Virus record (IMG/VR): IMGVR_UViG_3300017917_003852
Coordinates: 14,425-78,424 of that record
DNA length: 64,000 nucleotides
Strand: one strand, 5' to 3'
From: a virus
The notes below the pieces were generated by a model. That model was not told the DNA's origin, ran no database searches, and worked only from the letters and a program-made list of their open reading frames with translations. Below, in pieces: positions 46,384 to 56,313 of this stretch. The stretch's first letter is position 1; the number at the start of each line of letters is the position of its first letter. Position numbers and translations under genes: made by a program.

Positions 46384-46701
46384 CTAATTATTTTGTTCTA
46401 GAGCAAATCTTGAGCAAACAATATCATAAAACTCATCTAGATTACCACCAAATTTACCTTTAAGATATTCGGCTAGATCATTGCATAGTTTTTCGTTTTT
46501 ATCTTTATTAGCCTGTACAAATTCATTGTGTAACTTTTTCCAGTGATTTAACATCGTAATTTCCGTTAGCGGAATTTCCTCTGTTGGAACTACACAAAAT
46601 GTTTCTAGTATTTTATCTTCAACAATATGCGGTTCTAGTTCCAGTACCACATACTTTTCAGATAATTCCTCAGCTATTTGTCTTGAAAATATAATATCCA
46701 T
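46384..46701 (-). CDS. hypothetical protein
   Basis: ORF track. Confidence 0.6.
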   Translation of the reverse strand: MDIIFSRQIAEELSEKYVVLELEPHIVEDKILETFCVVPTEEIPLTEITMLNHWKKLHNEFVQANKDKNEKLCNDLAEYLKGKFGGNLDEFYDIVCSRFALEQNN

Positions 46702-47258
46702 TATTTGTTTGCGCTTTCGTAGGTACGTTTCTTAATTCCTGCATCTGCATATATTTGCTGTACTGCACGAGCTTGATAATAGCAGTCTATTAATGCATTG
46801 TGAGCACCGTGCCTATCTTTCTTTCTAGGATCACCATGAACTCCAAAAAGAGTACGGCTATCTCTAATTTGCCAGAACTGCCATGGAGTAGGACGTCCTA
46901 CTTGTCTATACAAGTCCTCTAATATAACAATGTCAAAAGCAGGTCCTTGACACCAAATATTATCGACACCAACTAAGAAGCGATTAAGATCATCGAGCAT
47001 TGTGTTGAGGCTAACTCTACCTTCGGTGCCCATTGCTTCTTCACGCACTTCTTCTGTTTGAGTCCCCCACCATGCCACAGTCTCATCTTGTACGTGACGG
47101 TCCATAGCTAACTGTTCATCTACATCAGGTTTAAGATATAAACCGTTTTCTGTATTAACATCAACGTCCCACGGACTGAACTTTACAGCGCCAAGTGTAA
47201 GGATAACTGACCACGGACGAGTGCTTAGTGTTTCAAGATCTAGCATGGCATCCATCAT
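46701..47258 (-). CDS. DEDDh 3'-5' exonuclease (Rv2179c-like)
   Basis: MLDLETL, FDIVIL, RDSRT, HNALIDC. Confidence 0.88.
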   Translation of the reverse strand: MMDAMLDLETLSTRPWSVILTLGAVKFSPWDVDVNTENGLYLKPDVDEQLAMDRHVQDETVAWWGTQTEEVREEAMGTEGRVSLNTMLDDLNRFLVGVDNIWCQGPAFDIVILEDLYRQVGRPTPWQFWQIRDSRTLFGVHGDPRKKDRHGAHNALIDCYYQARAVQQIYADAGIKKRTYESANK

Positions 47259-47731
47259 TGACCCCTTAGTGCTTTATCGGCTTCACTTGCTGCTACACGC
47301 TTACGCAGGCTACTAGAACTAAACGAATGATCTCTTCCATTGAATACTATTTGAATGCCGCGATTATAACATTCCACATCACCAGTGAATGGTTTATCTG
47401 CATATTCTACACCTAGTATTCTAACATCCAAAGGAAGAATTAAAAGTAAGTCTATAAGATCTTGCTCGGTCTGGTATACAACCACCTCATCAACATAACG
47501 GCACGCCGCGAGTTGTATTTGCCTTTCAACGATTGACTGTACAGGTTTATTTTTAGTGTCTGGGCGGTCAATCGTGGGATCAGTTTGTAGCCCGGCAATA
47601 AGATAGTCGCAATGATTCTTAGCCTCGGCCAGCATAGCAACATGTCCCGCATGGAGCATGTCGAAGGTTGAAAAAGTAATCCCAATCTTAAGTCCTTTGT
47701 CCTTAAGTTCTCGAATATGATTGAATATCAT
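47255..47731 (-). CDS. cytidylyltransferase (TagD-like)
   Basis: TFDMLHAGH, VDEVV, RDHSFSSS. Confidence 0.9.
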   Translation of the reverse strand: MIFNHIRELKDKGLKIGITFSTFDMLHAGHVAMLAEAKNHCDYLIAGLQTDPTIDRPDTKNKPVQSIVERQIQLAACRYVDEVVVYQTEQDLIDLLLILPLDVRILGVEYADKPFTGDVECYNRGIQIVFNGRDHSFSSSSLRKRVAASEADKALRGQ

Positions 47732-48042
47732 TATTTTACAGGTTCTAATTTAATGCTTAAAGGAAAACCATTTGTTCTTGCTAATAGTGTAGCTTCAACA
47801 CCTTTTTGTTCAGCAATTTCATATGGTAAAGTTTTTACAATACTGCTACCATCTTCGTGAATTTTCTTTGTTAGTTCAACCGCAGTATTTTCATCATGAT
47901 GAAAAATTACTTTTAAACTTTCAATAACGAATTCCATTGTGGTTACGTTATCATTCATGTAGATTACATTAAACAAACTTGGTGGTTCGATAGTATGTTT
48001 AACAGCAACTTTGGGTTTGTTGATAGTTTCAGTTTTGCTCAT
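47731..48042 (-). CDS. clpS: ATP-dependent Clp protease adaptor ClpS
   Basis: VIYMNDNVTTMEFV...IHEDG...EIAEQK...FPL. Confidence 0.92.
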   Translation of the reverse strand: MSKTETINKPKVAVKHTIEPPSLFNVIYMNDNVTTMEFVIESLKVIFHHDENTAVELTKKIHEDGSSIVKTLPYEIAEQKGVEATLLARTNGFPLSIKLEPVK

Positions 48043-48057
48043 GTTATTGTCTAATTA

Positions 48058-48083
48058 AGTGGAGGGAAAGAACCCCTCCACTG
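48058..48083 (-). terminator. hairpin downstream of hsp20
   Basis: AGTGGAGGG/CCCTCCACT inverted repeat. Confidence 0.55.
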
Positions 48084-48096
48084 TCGCTACATTATA

Positions 48097-48549
48097 TTAC
48101 TTAGCGAAGGTAATTGCAATCTTCTTGGGCTTTTGTTCTTCAGGAACAATATGCTCAAGGCTAATTGCAAGGATGCCATTGATAACAGTGGCGCCTTTTA
48201 CTTCAACGTTTTCATTTAATGTAAATGAGCGATTAAAAGTTCGGGCACTAATACCGCGATGGATATATTCCTGCTCGTCTTTTACTTTACGCTCGCCCTT
48301 GATGTATAAGACATTGTCCTTGCGTTCAATGTCTAATTCATCTTCCCCAAAGCCTGCAACGGCAACTTGAATAGCCCAGTTGTTTTCATCAACTTTGATA
48401 ATGTTATAGGGAGGATAGTTTTCTGCTTTTGCGCTATTGGCCCATGTGCGGCCTAGCTCATCGAATAGTCGATCAAAGCCGATCGCGTGACGATGAATTT
48501 GTGCAGATAGTTGTGGAAGGTCAAGGGTGTTGATACTGAATTGTGTCAT
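48097..48549 (-). CDS. small heat shock protein (IbpA/Hsp20)
   Basis: IGFDRLF, YPPYNI, AVAGF, YIHRGIS, GILAI. Confidence 0.95.
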   Translation of the reverse strand: MTQFSINTLDLPQLSAQIHRHAIGFDRLFDELGRTWANSAKAENYPPYNIIKVDENNWAIQVAVAGFGEDELDIERKDNVLYIKGERKVKDEQEYIHRGISARTFNRSFTLNENVEVKGATVINGILAISLEHIVPEEQKPKKIAITFAK

Positions 48550-48638
48550 AATTTTCTCCTTTCAAATAAGCAAGTATGACTATGTAGCCCTATCGGCGCT
48601 ACATATATATTTATACACGATTTCTCGTGTTTTTGCAA
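48550..48638 (-). promoter_or_regulatory. hsp20 promoter and ROSE-like RNA thermometer leader
   Basis: TTGCAA-17-TATAAA overlapping TATAAATA; 5' hairpin ATGTAGC/GCTACAT; CTTGCTT pairing with SD AAGGAG. Confidence 0.65.
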
Positions 48639-48881
48639 CTATTTTGGATTCTTAAATTCAAATCTGTGTGATGCATAAGAATGTGGTTCCCAAGTTAATG
48701 CAAATTGTGTATATTCTTTATCGTTATTAAGGCACAACCGAAATGTATATTTGTGTATTTTGGTTCGATATTTAATATCGTATTTTTCAGCCCAAGCTTC
48801 AATATCTTTTTTAATTAACTGAAGAGCATGCTGTGCAGACATTCCGCCTGCACCCATTGGCAAGCGAAATTCAATATACAT
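48639..48881 (-). CDS. orphan FxLRW-family-like protein
   Basis: DIEAWAEKY...LNNDKEYTQFALTW. Confidence 0.55.
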   Translation of the reverse strand: MYIEFRLPMGAGGMSAQHALQLIKKDIEAWAEKYDIKYRTKIHKYTFRLCLNNDKEYTQFALTWEPHSYASHRFEFKNPK

Positions 48882-49117
48882 TAGAATAGTTTTTTAGGTA
48901 GCTGTTCAGCTGATAGCTTTTTCTGCCAGCGACGCTTGGCTGCAGATTTTGCTTTCTTGCGAGCAGTTGTAGGTTTTTCGTAAAATTCGCGCTCGCGCAA
49001 TTCCTGCAAAAGTCCGCTATCGCTTACTTTCTTTTTAAATTTACGCAAAGCTTTTTCTACGTTATCATTTACTACTAGGACTTTATTTCCGGTTACTTTA
49101 TTAAATTTATCGAACAT
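48881..49117 (-). CDS. rpsU: ribosomal protein bS21
   Basis: NVEKALRKFKKKV...GLLQELREREFYEKPT. Confidence 0.92.
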   Translation of the reverse strand: MFDKFNKVTGNKVLVVNDNVEKALRKFKKKVSDSGLLQELREREFYEKPTTARKKAKSAAKRRWQKKLSAEQLPKKLF

Positions 49118-49120
49118 GAT

Positions 49121-49480
49121 TTATTTATTTTGTTGATGGTATCTAAGTGCAAAATATTGATATACATTTTCTACTTTGATAGCGTTTGTTAAAAAGTTCT
49201 CCGGACCAAAGTAGTATGTTTTTTCTAATGTACATAACTGATCTATCACTGGATCTCGTTGTGCAACATTTACAACTACAGCATCGCTTAATTCTACAGC
49301 ACGATTAAGCCAATCTGTATCGTTCATCTCGGAGCGATACAAATAAATGTTAAACTGATCGTCACTTCCTTTACACATTCGAGCTAATAGCTCAACTTCA
49401 TCGACAGTAGCATTAACTACTGTAACTGTGTGAAATGGATCCTCAACAAAGTCTGGAGGAGTAATAAAATTACTATACAT
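49121..49480 (-). CDS. hypothetical protein
   Basis: ORF track. Confidence 0.6.
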   Translation of the reverse strand: MYSNFITPPDFVEDPFHTVTVVNATVDEVELLARMCKGSDDQFNIYLYRSEMNDTDWLNRAVELSDAVVVNVAQRDPVIDQLCTLEKTYYFGPENFLTNAIKVENVYQYFALRYHQQNK

Positions 49481-51239
49481 TTTTATTCTTTAAAATTTCT
49501 TCGATTTGTTGTTCAACTTGTGCTTGCTCGGCATCGCTTAGATCCTCAATTTCGTATTCTCCAGCTTCAAGCTTTTGGATTAGATGCTGTATATATGCTT
49601 GATTGTAAGTATAGCTGTCTGTGGTATTTTTATCCACTTCGATCCACTTTGCGCCATTCCATTTAAACAAACGATCTGGCAAGTAATCAGTTCTAATAAA
49701 CATATCGCCCTTCATAGGATTATCTGGGAACTTTTCCCCAAATCCACATTGACTAGCATTGTCTAATGTTTCATTGTCGGCTTGTATTGCCATGCTAGGG
49801 TATAGTTTATTAAACGCATCTAAATTATAAACTTTGCCTTTATAACGCACAGCGTAATCAGCGCCGCGGCGAACTGGTGTATTAAATTCATCTACAGGAG
49901 GTGGTTGCGGTACCTCTTCCTCTGCTGACTTTGCTTCCATATCAACAGCCGCAACATTAGGGTTTTCTTCCTCTGCGTGTTGATGTTCATCAATCACTCG
50001 TTGTGCCCAGGTTTCTTCTCCTTCTAACACAGGAATATCTAGGTCAGGTTGTTCAGGCTCAATCTCAGCAATCTTTTCATTAGCTTCGTCAGCTAATCTT
50101 GCTTGCTCATCGGCATCTAAGCCTCGTGCAATTAGTCGCGAACGTTGAAAAAACTCTTCCGATTCTGGGTCGTTGTTATTCTTCCAACCATCGACAACAT
50201 CACAATCATGATTTGGACAATAAGGACCTATTCCGGGTGCGTTAGTTAGTGCAGTTCCACACTTAGGACAATTTAGGTTCTCTTCAAATAAATGGCTAGT
50301 AGCTACCGTTTCTCCTGTTGGTAGTTCCTCTGCAGAGGTTTCTTTTACAGCCGCTAGTTGCTCATCAGTTAATGGTCCATTGTCAGCTTCATATTGAGGT
50401 GGCGACTCTGCCGTTGCTCCATCAGTCGCGGCAACTACCGGAGCAGTTTTTTCTTCCTCATCATGAACCCAACCACCCGTTCCCGACCTAGCCCATTCAA
50501 ACTGTTTGTTAGCAGCAAGAATTAGGGTTAGGGCAAGCGGATCAAAAACAACAACAATAAGAATAATAACCCAGCGTACAGCACGCTCAAGAATATTTTG
50601 GTCAGGATTGTCCCCGTATATAAGAGCAGCAATATATTTGATAGGTCCAACTTCGGCCTCGATCTTTCTAGCTTCTGCAGCAAGCGGTGCTCGCTCGGCT
50701 TGTAATTGTTGAATAGTTTTTTGACTCTTTGCGATTTCTGCGTTTAGCCCAGCTCGTTCTTTGGCTTGATTCTTACGGATGCTTACGGCTCGCTCAGCGC
50801 CACGCTCAGTATCACTGCGTCCAAGCATCTGATCTACTTGTGCATTCATTTGCTCAAGTGCCTTTTTTGCTTGTGCTATATTTTCTCGTTCGGTGGCGAT
50901 CTTCTCATCATAGATAGCAACTCGACTTGTTGCATCCCCGGTTACCAAACTTTGGTCTGAGTGTGCTTTGGATAAGAAACCAAAGATACCCATGCTAGTT
51001 AATAGCATTAGGAATACAATGGCCGGAATAAGATATGTTTTAAACGCCCAGCCGGCTCTGCGCCAATTGTTATGTAACCAAACAGTGGCAACAATTTTAC
51101 CAGCTTCCAGTGCGCCGCCCATTATAATAACAGGGACGACTGCGGCACTGAAAATAGCAGTAAGGCCAGCAACCGAATACCAAGCGGCAATGGCCGAAAT
51201 AGTGACGGCAATTGCCATCATTAATGAACCGAATATCAT
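49473..51239 (-). CDS. multi-TM coiled-coil protein with Zn ribbon and acidic tail
   Basis: Several TMs, coiled coil, CPKCG...CPNHDC. Confidence 0.75.
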   Translation of the reverse strand: MIFGSLMMAIAVTISAIAAWYSVAGLTAIFSAAVVPVIIMGGALEAGKIVATVWLHNNWRRAGWAFKTYLIPAIVFLMLLTSMGIFGFLSKAHSDQSLVTGDATSRVAIYDEKIATERENIAQAKKALEQMNAQVDQMLGRSDTERGAERAVSIRKNQAKERAGLNAEIAKSQKTIQQLQAERAPLAAEARKIEAEVGPIKYIAALIYGDNPDQNILERAVRWVIILIVVVFDPLALTLILAANKQFEWARSGTGGWVHDEEEKTAPVVAATDGATAESPPQYEADNGPLTDEQLAAVKETSAEELPTGETVATSHLFEENLNCPKCGTALTNAPGIGPYCPNHDCDVVDGWKNNNDPESEEFFQRSRLIARGLDADEQARLADEANEKIAEIEPEQPDLDIPVLEGEETWAQRVIDEHQHAEEENPNVAAVDMEAKSAEEEVPQPPPVDEFNTPVRRGADYAVRYKGKVYNLDAFNKLYPSMAIQADNETLDNASQCGFGEKFPDNPMKGDMFIRTDYLPDRLFKWNGAKWIEVDKNTTDSYTYNQAYIQHLIQKLEAGEYEIEDLSDAEQAQVEQQIEEILKNKNV

Positions 51240-51245
51240 AGTCAG

Positions 51246-51295
51246 TATTTATAGAATTGTATGGTCAGTATATTATACTATGAGAAGTCTGTCAA
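51246..51295 (-). promoter_or_regulatory. tandem sigma70 and late promoters
   Basis: TTGACA-17-TATACT (51295-51267); TATAAATA ending 6 nt before the ATG. Confidence 0.7.
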
Positions 51296-51304
51296 CTGTT
51301 TTGG

Positions 51305-52954
51305 TTAATCTTCAGACCAAACCAAGGCCGCAGTGGCCTGTGTAATAGAGTTAGTGCTTCTCACAGCTATACTGACCCAACTGCCCGGAGGAATGGTTAT
51401 GCGATAGGCACTTAAATCGATATTGATGGTTCCGTTGATAGCAAGTAGCCCAGTGTAAATTGGTGTATCAACTGCGGTGTTAAATGTACCAGTATTGGTT
51501 GCATGAACTTCATTACACGAAGGAATATTAAAGTATGTATAATTGGTGCTAAAGGAGGTTGGTTCAAAAAACAAATAGACTGCTGCAGGATCTGTACTTT
51601 GTACCGACACACTCAAACTTTTAAGTATAGCTTCTTTAGCATTGATAACATAATTGCCATTATTGGCACCTGCTAGTCCATTGGTAACCACACTATTTTT
51701 AATTGTCATCATGTGGTGTGTGACATTTTGTGTTAATCCGCTTTTTGATGTAAACCACGAACGAGTTAATTCGTTTAGGTGAATAGTACCTTCTACTGCG
51801 CCGTACATGCTGGCGCCTTTAACAGTTATGTTAGATGTATTAGTAGTGTTTGTGGCGGTATAAGCAATCTTAAAACTGGGGTTGTCTATATGCGGTTTCA
51901 AATACTGATTGACATAATGTTCTCTATGAACATATACCATTGTACCCGATGCTTGATCTTCAACGGCATAACTGATTACCCCTGCACCTAGCCAGCGCAT
52001 GGCAATTTGATAAACATTTAGTTTAGTAGGATCTATAGTCATACCGCTGGGGTTTGTGGTAATGGTATTGCTACCATCCATTTTGTCAATGTTCCAATCA
52101 GATTGGTAAGTCCAATTGTCTGTTTGTGCTACCCCTGCTTGTACAACAGTAAATGTCGCAGTGGCATTACCAGTGCTGGTAAAACTAAATGTTCCGTTCA
52201 TTGGGCCCAGGCTGGGCGCTAGCCATAACATAGCACCGTCGGTTTGCTGGAATAACCAACCGCCATATCCACCTACACGATTGGTTATTGCTACCACTGC
52301 TTGATCGGTAGTACCTGCAGTTAGTGCAACAGTATAAGCAACTCCATTTAGTGTAATAGTGGCAGTTTGGCTGGCGTTGGGTGCTGTACCCACGGTCATT
52401 AATAAGATTGTGGCTTTGCCGCCGGTTGATCTCACAATACCAAACTTGTCACCGTCATAACCAAAGCTTACACGATTTTCTTGATTAGCTAGTCCAGCAA
52501 ATTGTCTGCTACCGGCTACGCCCTGTGTAAACATTGCAGTAAATCTTGACACGATGCCTTGCCCAGGGCGATAACGTAGGAATCTTTTACTACGCAGCAC
52601 ACCATAACCACCTTGTGTAGTACCCGATGACGCTTGAAACATGCCATTGACTGACCCGGCCACTGATCCTGTACCATTTGTATAAGTTTGTATAACGTCA
52701 GTTGTAGTGCCGTAAATACCATCCAATTGAATAACTGCTGTTGGACTGATTGCTAGCGGTTCGCCAAACGCTGATACTTGTCCGGCGATAGTTGGACCTG
52801 ATAGTTTAGCAGCGACCCGAATCTGCGGCTTACCAGCAAGATCGTACTCCATGGCGCGATGGAGATCAAGTAAGTTAGTTTCCTGTGGATGCTCGTAGTT
52901 AGTAGTGTTTAAACGACGGTCGCCGCGGCCTTGTGGTGGTGGTGTGTATGACAT
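51305..52954 (-). CDS. putative virion structural protein
   Basis: 549 aa, Thr/Gly/Asn-rich and beta-rich; late region. Confidence 0.65.
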   Translation of the reverse strand: MSYTPPPQGRGDRRLNTTNYEHPQETNLLDLHRAMEYDLAGKPQIRVAAKLSGPTIAGQVSAFGEPLAISPTAVIQLDGIYGTTTDVIQTYTNGTGSVAGSVNGMFQASSGTTQGGYGVLRSKRFLRYRPGQGIVSRFTAMFTQGVAGSRQFAGLANQENRVSFGYDGDKFGIVRSTGGKATILLMTVGTAPNASQTATITLNGVAYTVALTAGTTDQAVVAITNRVGGYGGWLFQQTDGAMLWLAPSLGPMNGTFSFTSTGNATATFTVVQAGVAQTDNWTYQSDWNIDKMDGSNTITTNPSGMTIDPTKLNVYQIAMRWLGAGVISYAVEDQASGTMVYVHREHYVNQYLKPHIDNPSFKIAYTATNTTNTSNITVKGASMYGAVEGTIHLNELTRSWFTSKSGLTQNVTHHMMTIKNSVVTNGLAGANNGNYVINAKEAILKSLSVSVQSTDPAAVYLFFEPTSFSTNYTYFNIPSCNEVHATNTGTFNTAVDTPIYTGLLAINGTINIDLSAYRITIPPGSWVSIAVRSTNSITQATAALVWSED

Positions 52955-52957
52955 TGA

Positions 52958-53191
52958 TTATGCCCAAGGTCTTTTTTGTTGTAATCCGCCTGTGTTGGGA
53001 TTATCTACTAGAGCGCCAGTATTACTAGAAGCATTGTATCTAGTTGGTAGTTGTGTGGCATCAGCGGTAGTGTCTGCATATCTACCAGGTTGAATTGAAT
53101 TACGATTAGCGCGGTCTGTGCCTGCTAATGCTAGTTTAGCATCTTGACGATCTCTTTTTAATGCTAACTGTGCGATTCCATTTGCTGACAT
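52958..53191 (-). CDS. small conserved late protein
   Basis: MSANGIA...RQDAKLALA...LQQKRPW. Confidence 0.65.
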   Translation of the reverse strand: MSANGIAQLALKRDRQDAKLALAGTDRANRNSIQPGRYADTTADATQLPTRYNASSNTGALVDNPNTGGLQQKRPWA

Positions 53192-53193
53192 AA

Positions 53194-53496
53194 TTATTTC
53201 CTTGCTTGCCAATCTGGGAACATACTAATACTATCTGCTCTGATATCTGCTGGGTTTTTACTGTAGTGTACATCGTCGCCCGCCGGAAATGCTGCGCCCA
53301 CAGGTGCTATAATTGTGTTAGGCTCGTTAGCAAACTCGGGTTCTTCTACATTTAGAATACCAGCTAGACGCTGCATGTCCATAATTTGCTCTTGGGGTTC
53401 AACTTCTACTGCAATAGCCATAACAGGCTCTGCTGCTGGCTCTTCTGCATGGTCTATAATATCTAATACGCTGCGTATAATATCGGTGATCTTCAT
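53194..53496 (-). CDS. putative head-associated protein
   Basis: MKITDII leader, MQRLAGI motif; TAAATA 5 nt upstream. Confidence 0.6.
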   Translation of the reverse strand: MKITDIIRSVLDIIDHAEEPAAEPVMAIAVEVEPQEQIMDMQRLAGILNVEEPEFANEPNTIIAPVGAAFPAGDDVHYSKNPADIRADSISMFPDWQARK

Positions 53497-53560
53497 AAGA
53501 GTATTTAGTCAAAAAGAAGCCCGCTGTTGCGGGCCAAATACTTCTTAAGGAGCGTACTAA

Positions 53561-54298
53561 CTACTGCACTATATAATTTTCTAGTTCAAAGTAACTGTTA
53601 CCCCGGGCAATACTAGCTTCAATGCTTTCTTCCCAATCAGTTTCTGCTGTTGCTTCAAAACGACGATTCGCAGCATCTTCAATTAAATCAATTAATGTAA
53701 GCAAGCCTTGTGCATACTGTTCGTCCTCTTCAGTTTCTACAGAAGCGGCAAGCTCGCCTACATGCTCGCGCATGAAATCAATGACTGCTTCCATTTGTAG
53801 CAAATCTAGGTCGCCAATTGATAGTTTATCGTTGAGAATATCATCTACAAGTTTTTCAGTTGCGTTCATTTTGACTTTATGTAATTAATAACTTCGTTAG
53901 CTTCAGGAAAACCCGCATACTCTTTTGCTAGTACTACATCTTCAATCATTTCCATTTGCATGGTATGCAATTCTTCAAGTGTCTTATTAATGATTTGACG
54001 CTTGCGGTTTAGACCGCTGTATGCATACCGAACTTCTTTTTGTGCTCGATTAAACACATTACTAAAATCTTTTGGTTCCATTGCAGTCTCCTTAGTCTGG
54101 TGTTATACCGGGATCAATGTCTCGCCCTTCAAAATGAGCTTGACTTACGCAAACACGGTTTTTCTTAAATTGATTAATGCCCGATAACTTAACAGCCATG
54201 CAAGATTGTTTAGTTGCAAACGGCCCTAGCTCAATTTTATCTACAAATTTACCACTGGTAGTGTGCAACATAATAATTAAGATCCAGCCACCGGTCAT
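53561..54298 (-). other. three small hypothetical ORFs (53561-53869, 53866-54081, 54092-54298)
   Basis: ORF track; SD motifs. Confidence 0.55.
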
Positions 54299-54445
54299 TT
54301 AAACCTCCTGGTTACGATGTTTAGGATTACGTTTGAACTGCCGTTTGTTTTCAACCGTACGGGCACGGAACGGACTATCGCGTTCAAACAGCACACGATG
54401 TGCTCTGGTCTTTTGTTGGTACGGTATTTTTACAAGTTTTTTCAT
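54299..54445 (-). CDS. ArfA-like small basic protein
   Basis: 48-aa ORF not in track: RAHRVLFERDSPFRARTVENKRQFKRNPKHRN. Confidence 0.45.
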   Translation of the reverse strand: MKKLVKIPYQQKTRAHRVLFERDSPFRARTVENKRQFKRNPKHRNQEV

Positions 54446-54447
54446 GA

Positions 54448-54834
54448 TTACATATTTACTGCTTGTTGATTAATAACAAATCGATACATAGCTTCGCATT
54501 CGCGGGTAAAATCCCCACCTACATCCATGCTAACATATTCTCGAGTTTGCATGCCTTGCTCGCTGTAGTCCAGATCGTCTAGTGCCCGATCACTGAAACC
54601 CAAGGTCGCCATGCATGCCTTAAACGACTTCATCCATCCTTTGTCTGTATAAATCAAACCCTCAGTAGGAACATCCCAGTCTGCGGAATCAAAGTAAGCA
54701 CGAAGTTCGCCAAAGCCATCTTCTTCGTCTAGGTAAGCCAGACGAATGCGATTAATAGTTACAAACTTCTCAGCACCACTCCAGTAACCGGTGCCGTTAG
54801 TCTGGGTACGGAAATTAACAGTTTGATCAAACAT
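54448..54834 (-). CDS. conserved phage hypothetical protein
   Basis: GELRAYF...GLIYTD...YSEQGMQ. Confidence 0.7.
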   Translation of the reverse strand: MFDQTVNFRTQTNGTGYWSGAEKFVTINRIRLAYLDEEDGFGELRAYFDSADWDVPTEGLIYTDKGWMKSFKACMATLGFSDRALDDLDYSEQGMQTREYVSMDVGGDFTRECEAMYRFVINQQAVNM

Positions 54835-55615
54835 TTATTGACTTTTCCTTTAAAAGGATAAACATATATTCTTTTGGATTTATCGGGTTACCATAACTAT
54901 CGTGCGCTACCTTGACGTAACAATTAGAACAGTAGTAGCCCGAAATTCCATGATAGTCGCTTAACCACCATCCAGTATTGCGTTCAGTGACTATGCCACA
55001 GCATGTACAGGGTAGTTTTGCCTTAGACAACTTCACGCTGATTCTAGTTCAAGAATTTGTACCATAATCTTACGACGCTGCTCGTCAATTCTAGCATTAG
55101 TATCTTCGTCGAAGCAACCTGCTTGCTCATCAAGCATAACCAGTTCTTCGTAAAGGCAATCAATAACGGTCTTATCCATTATTCACCTCCAAACATTTTA
55201 CGACTAAGAGCATCAAGGAATTCTACCAACAGTACCTCACGCTCGGCTTCGGTAAGTTCAGGATGCGCTTCTCTCGCCGCAGCCCTTAACTCTTCGTAAA
55301 TGACCCGACCAACATTGCGGGCTGGAATAACGGTTGTCATTATTTGCTCTCCCGATCCATAATATAAGTGAAAAGAACAAACTTGGCACGGTTGAGCAAT
55401 TGGCGCTGATCTTCAATGACATTGAAGTCAGGCTGTTCATAAGCCATCATTTCTTGTGCATCCGACATCATGCCAGCAACAACCATGGCAGGACCAGAAA
55501 ACTTAAAAGTGATGCTGGATTCGACTGCTTCACGCATTTGGGCTTCAGTGCAACCGTACATACGAACTTCACGCTTTTCTTGCTCGGTAAGACGATCGAA
55601 AATTGCTGTAGTCAT
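54827..55615 (-). other. small early hypothetical ORFs (54827-55036 Zn finger, two ~50-aa ORFs, 55340-55615)
   Basis: Coupled ORFs downstream of the promoter at 55648. Confidence 0.55.
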
Positions 55616-55619
55616 TTGT

Positions 55620-55704
55620 TACGCTCCTTATTAATTACTATACCAATATTATAGCAAAATGGGGAATTATGGACAACCAAAAAAAGTGTTGCTTTTTAGC
55701 TATG
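55620..55704 (-). promoter_or_regulatory. early promoter cassette
   Basis: TTGTCC-17-TATAAT (55676-55648); near-identical to 9373-9416 and 5729-5752. Confidence 0.85.
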
Positions 55705-55787
55705 ATGATCGCCATCTTTGTGAGCGAAATAACCCCAAATAAAAAGTATTACAAAAATAGCAACAATCCAGTACATAGTATTACCTC

Positions 55788-56018
55788 TTAAGTTAGCAAT
55801 TTAACAACTAAACCCACAGTATAGATTAGTAGTAAAGTTGCATTAATTGTAATTAAACTCCACTCGCGCCATTTAATTGCAACAATGAGCCAAAGCAAAG
55901 CGCCTAAATTGAGCAGGGCAGGACCTGCAGGGTAAATGTTAATACTTGTGCAAATGGCTCCAACAATAGTTACTAAAGTTGCAAGCCATTTAAGATAAAA
56001 TGTTGTGTCCTTTTTCAT
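55788..56018 (-). CDS. small 3-TM membrane protein
   Basis: Hydrophobic; leaderless after TTGCCC-17-TATACT (56053-56025). Confidence 0.7.
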   Translation of the reverse strand: MKKDTTFYLKWLATLVTIVGAICTSINIYPAGPALLNLGALLWLIVAIKWREWSLITINATLLLIYTVGLVVKLLT

Positions 56019-56057
56019 GCTCTTAGTATAGCAAAAAGGATCTTTTTGGGCAACCGC

Positions 56058-56282
56058 TTAATGCAGGGTTATGTCTTCGTTAAATTGTTGTAAATCAATG
56101 ACGCCTAATATTTTCATTATTTTGGCAATGTTCTTAGGTGGTTTGTCAGGAACGAATTCGGGAATAAACGCAAACTTTAAATTACCATCTGCGTCAAAGA
56201 CGAATCCATAGTCTTCTTCCCCGATTTCGTCTTCTATGCTATACGCTAGTTCTTCGATTTCTATCTCGGCTCGTTTGGTCAT
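56058..56282 (-). CDS. acidic hypothetical protein
   Basis: AGGAGG SD; TAAATA upstream. Confidence 0.6.
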   Translation of the reverse strand: MTKRAEIEIEELAYSIEDEIGEEDYGFVFDADGNLKFAFIPEFVPDKPPKNIAKIMKILGVIDLQQFNEDITLH

Positions 56283-56313
56283 CGTAGCCTCCTGTTCTAC
56301 AAGTATTTATGGA

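Noticed and set aside
35013-49117. Bacterial chromosome origin suggested by ugd, clpS, rpsU and the peptidase
   Set aside because: These genes are isolated among phage-type small ORFs, PAAR and late promoters, without bacterial operon context
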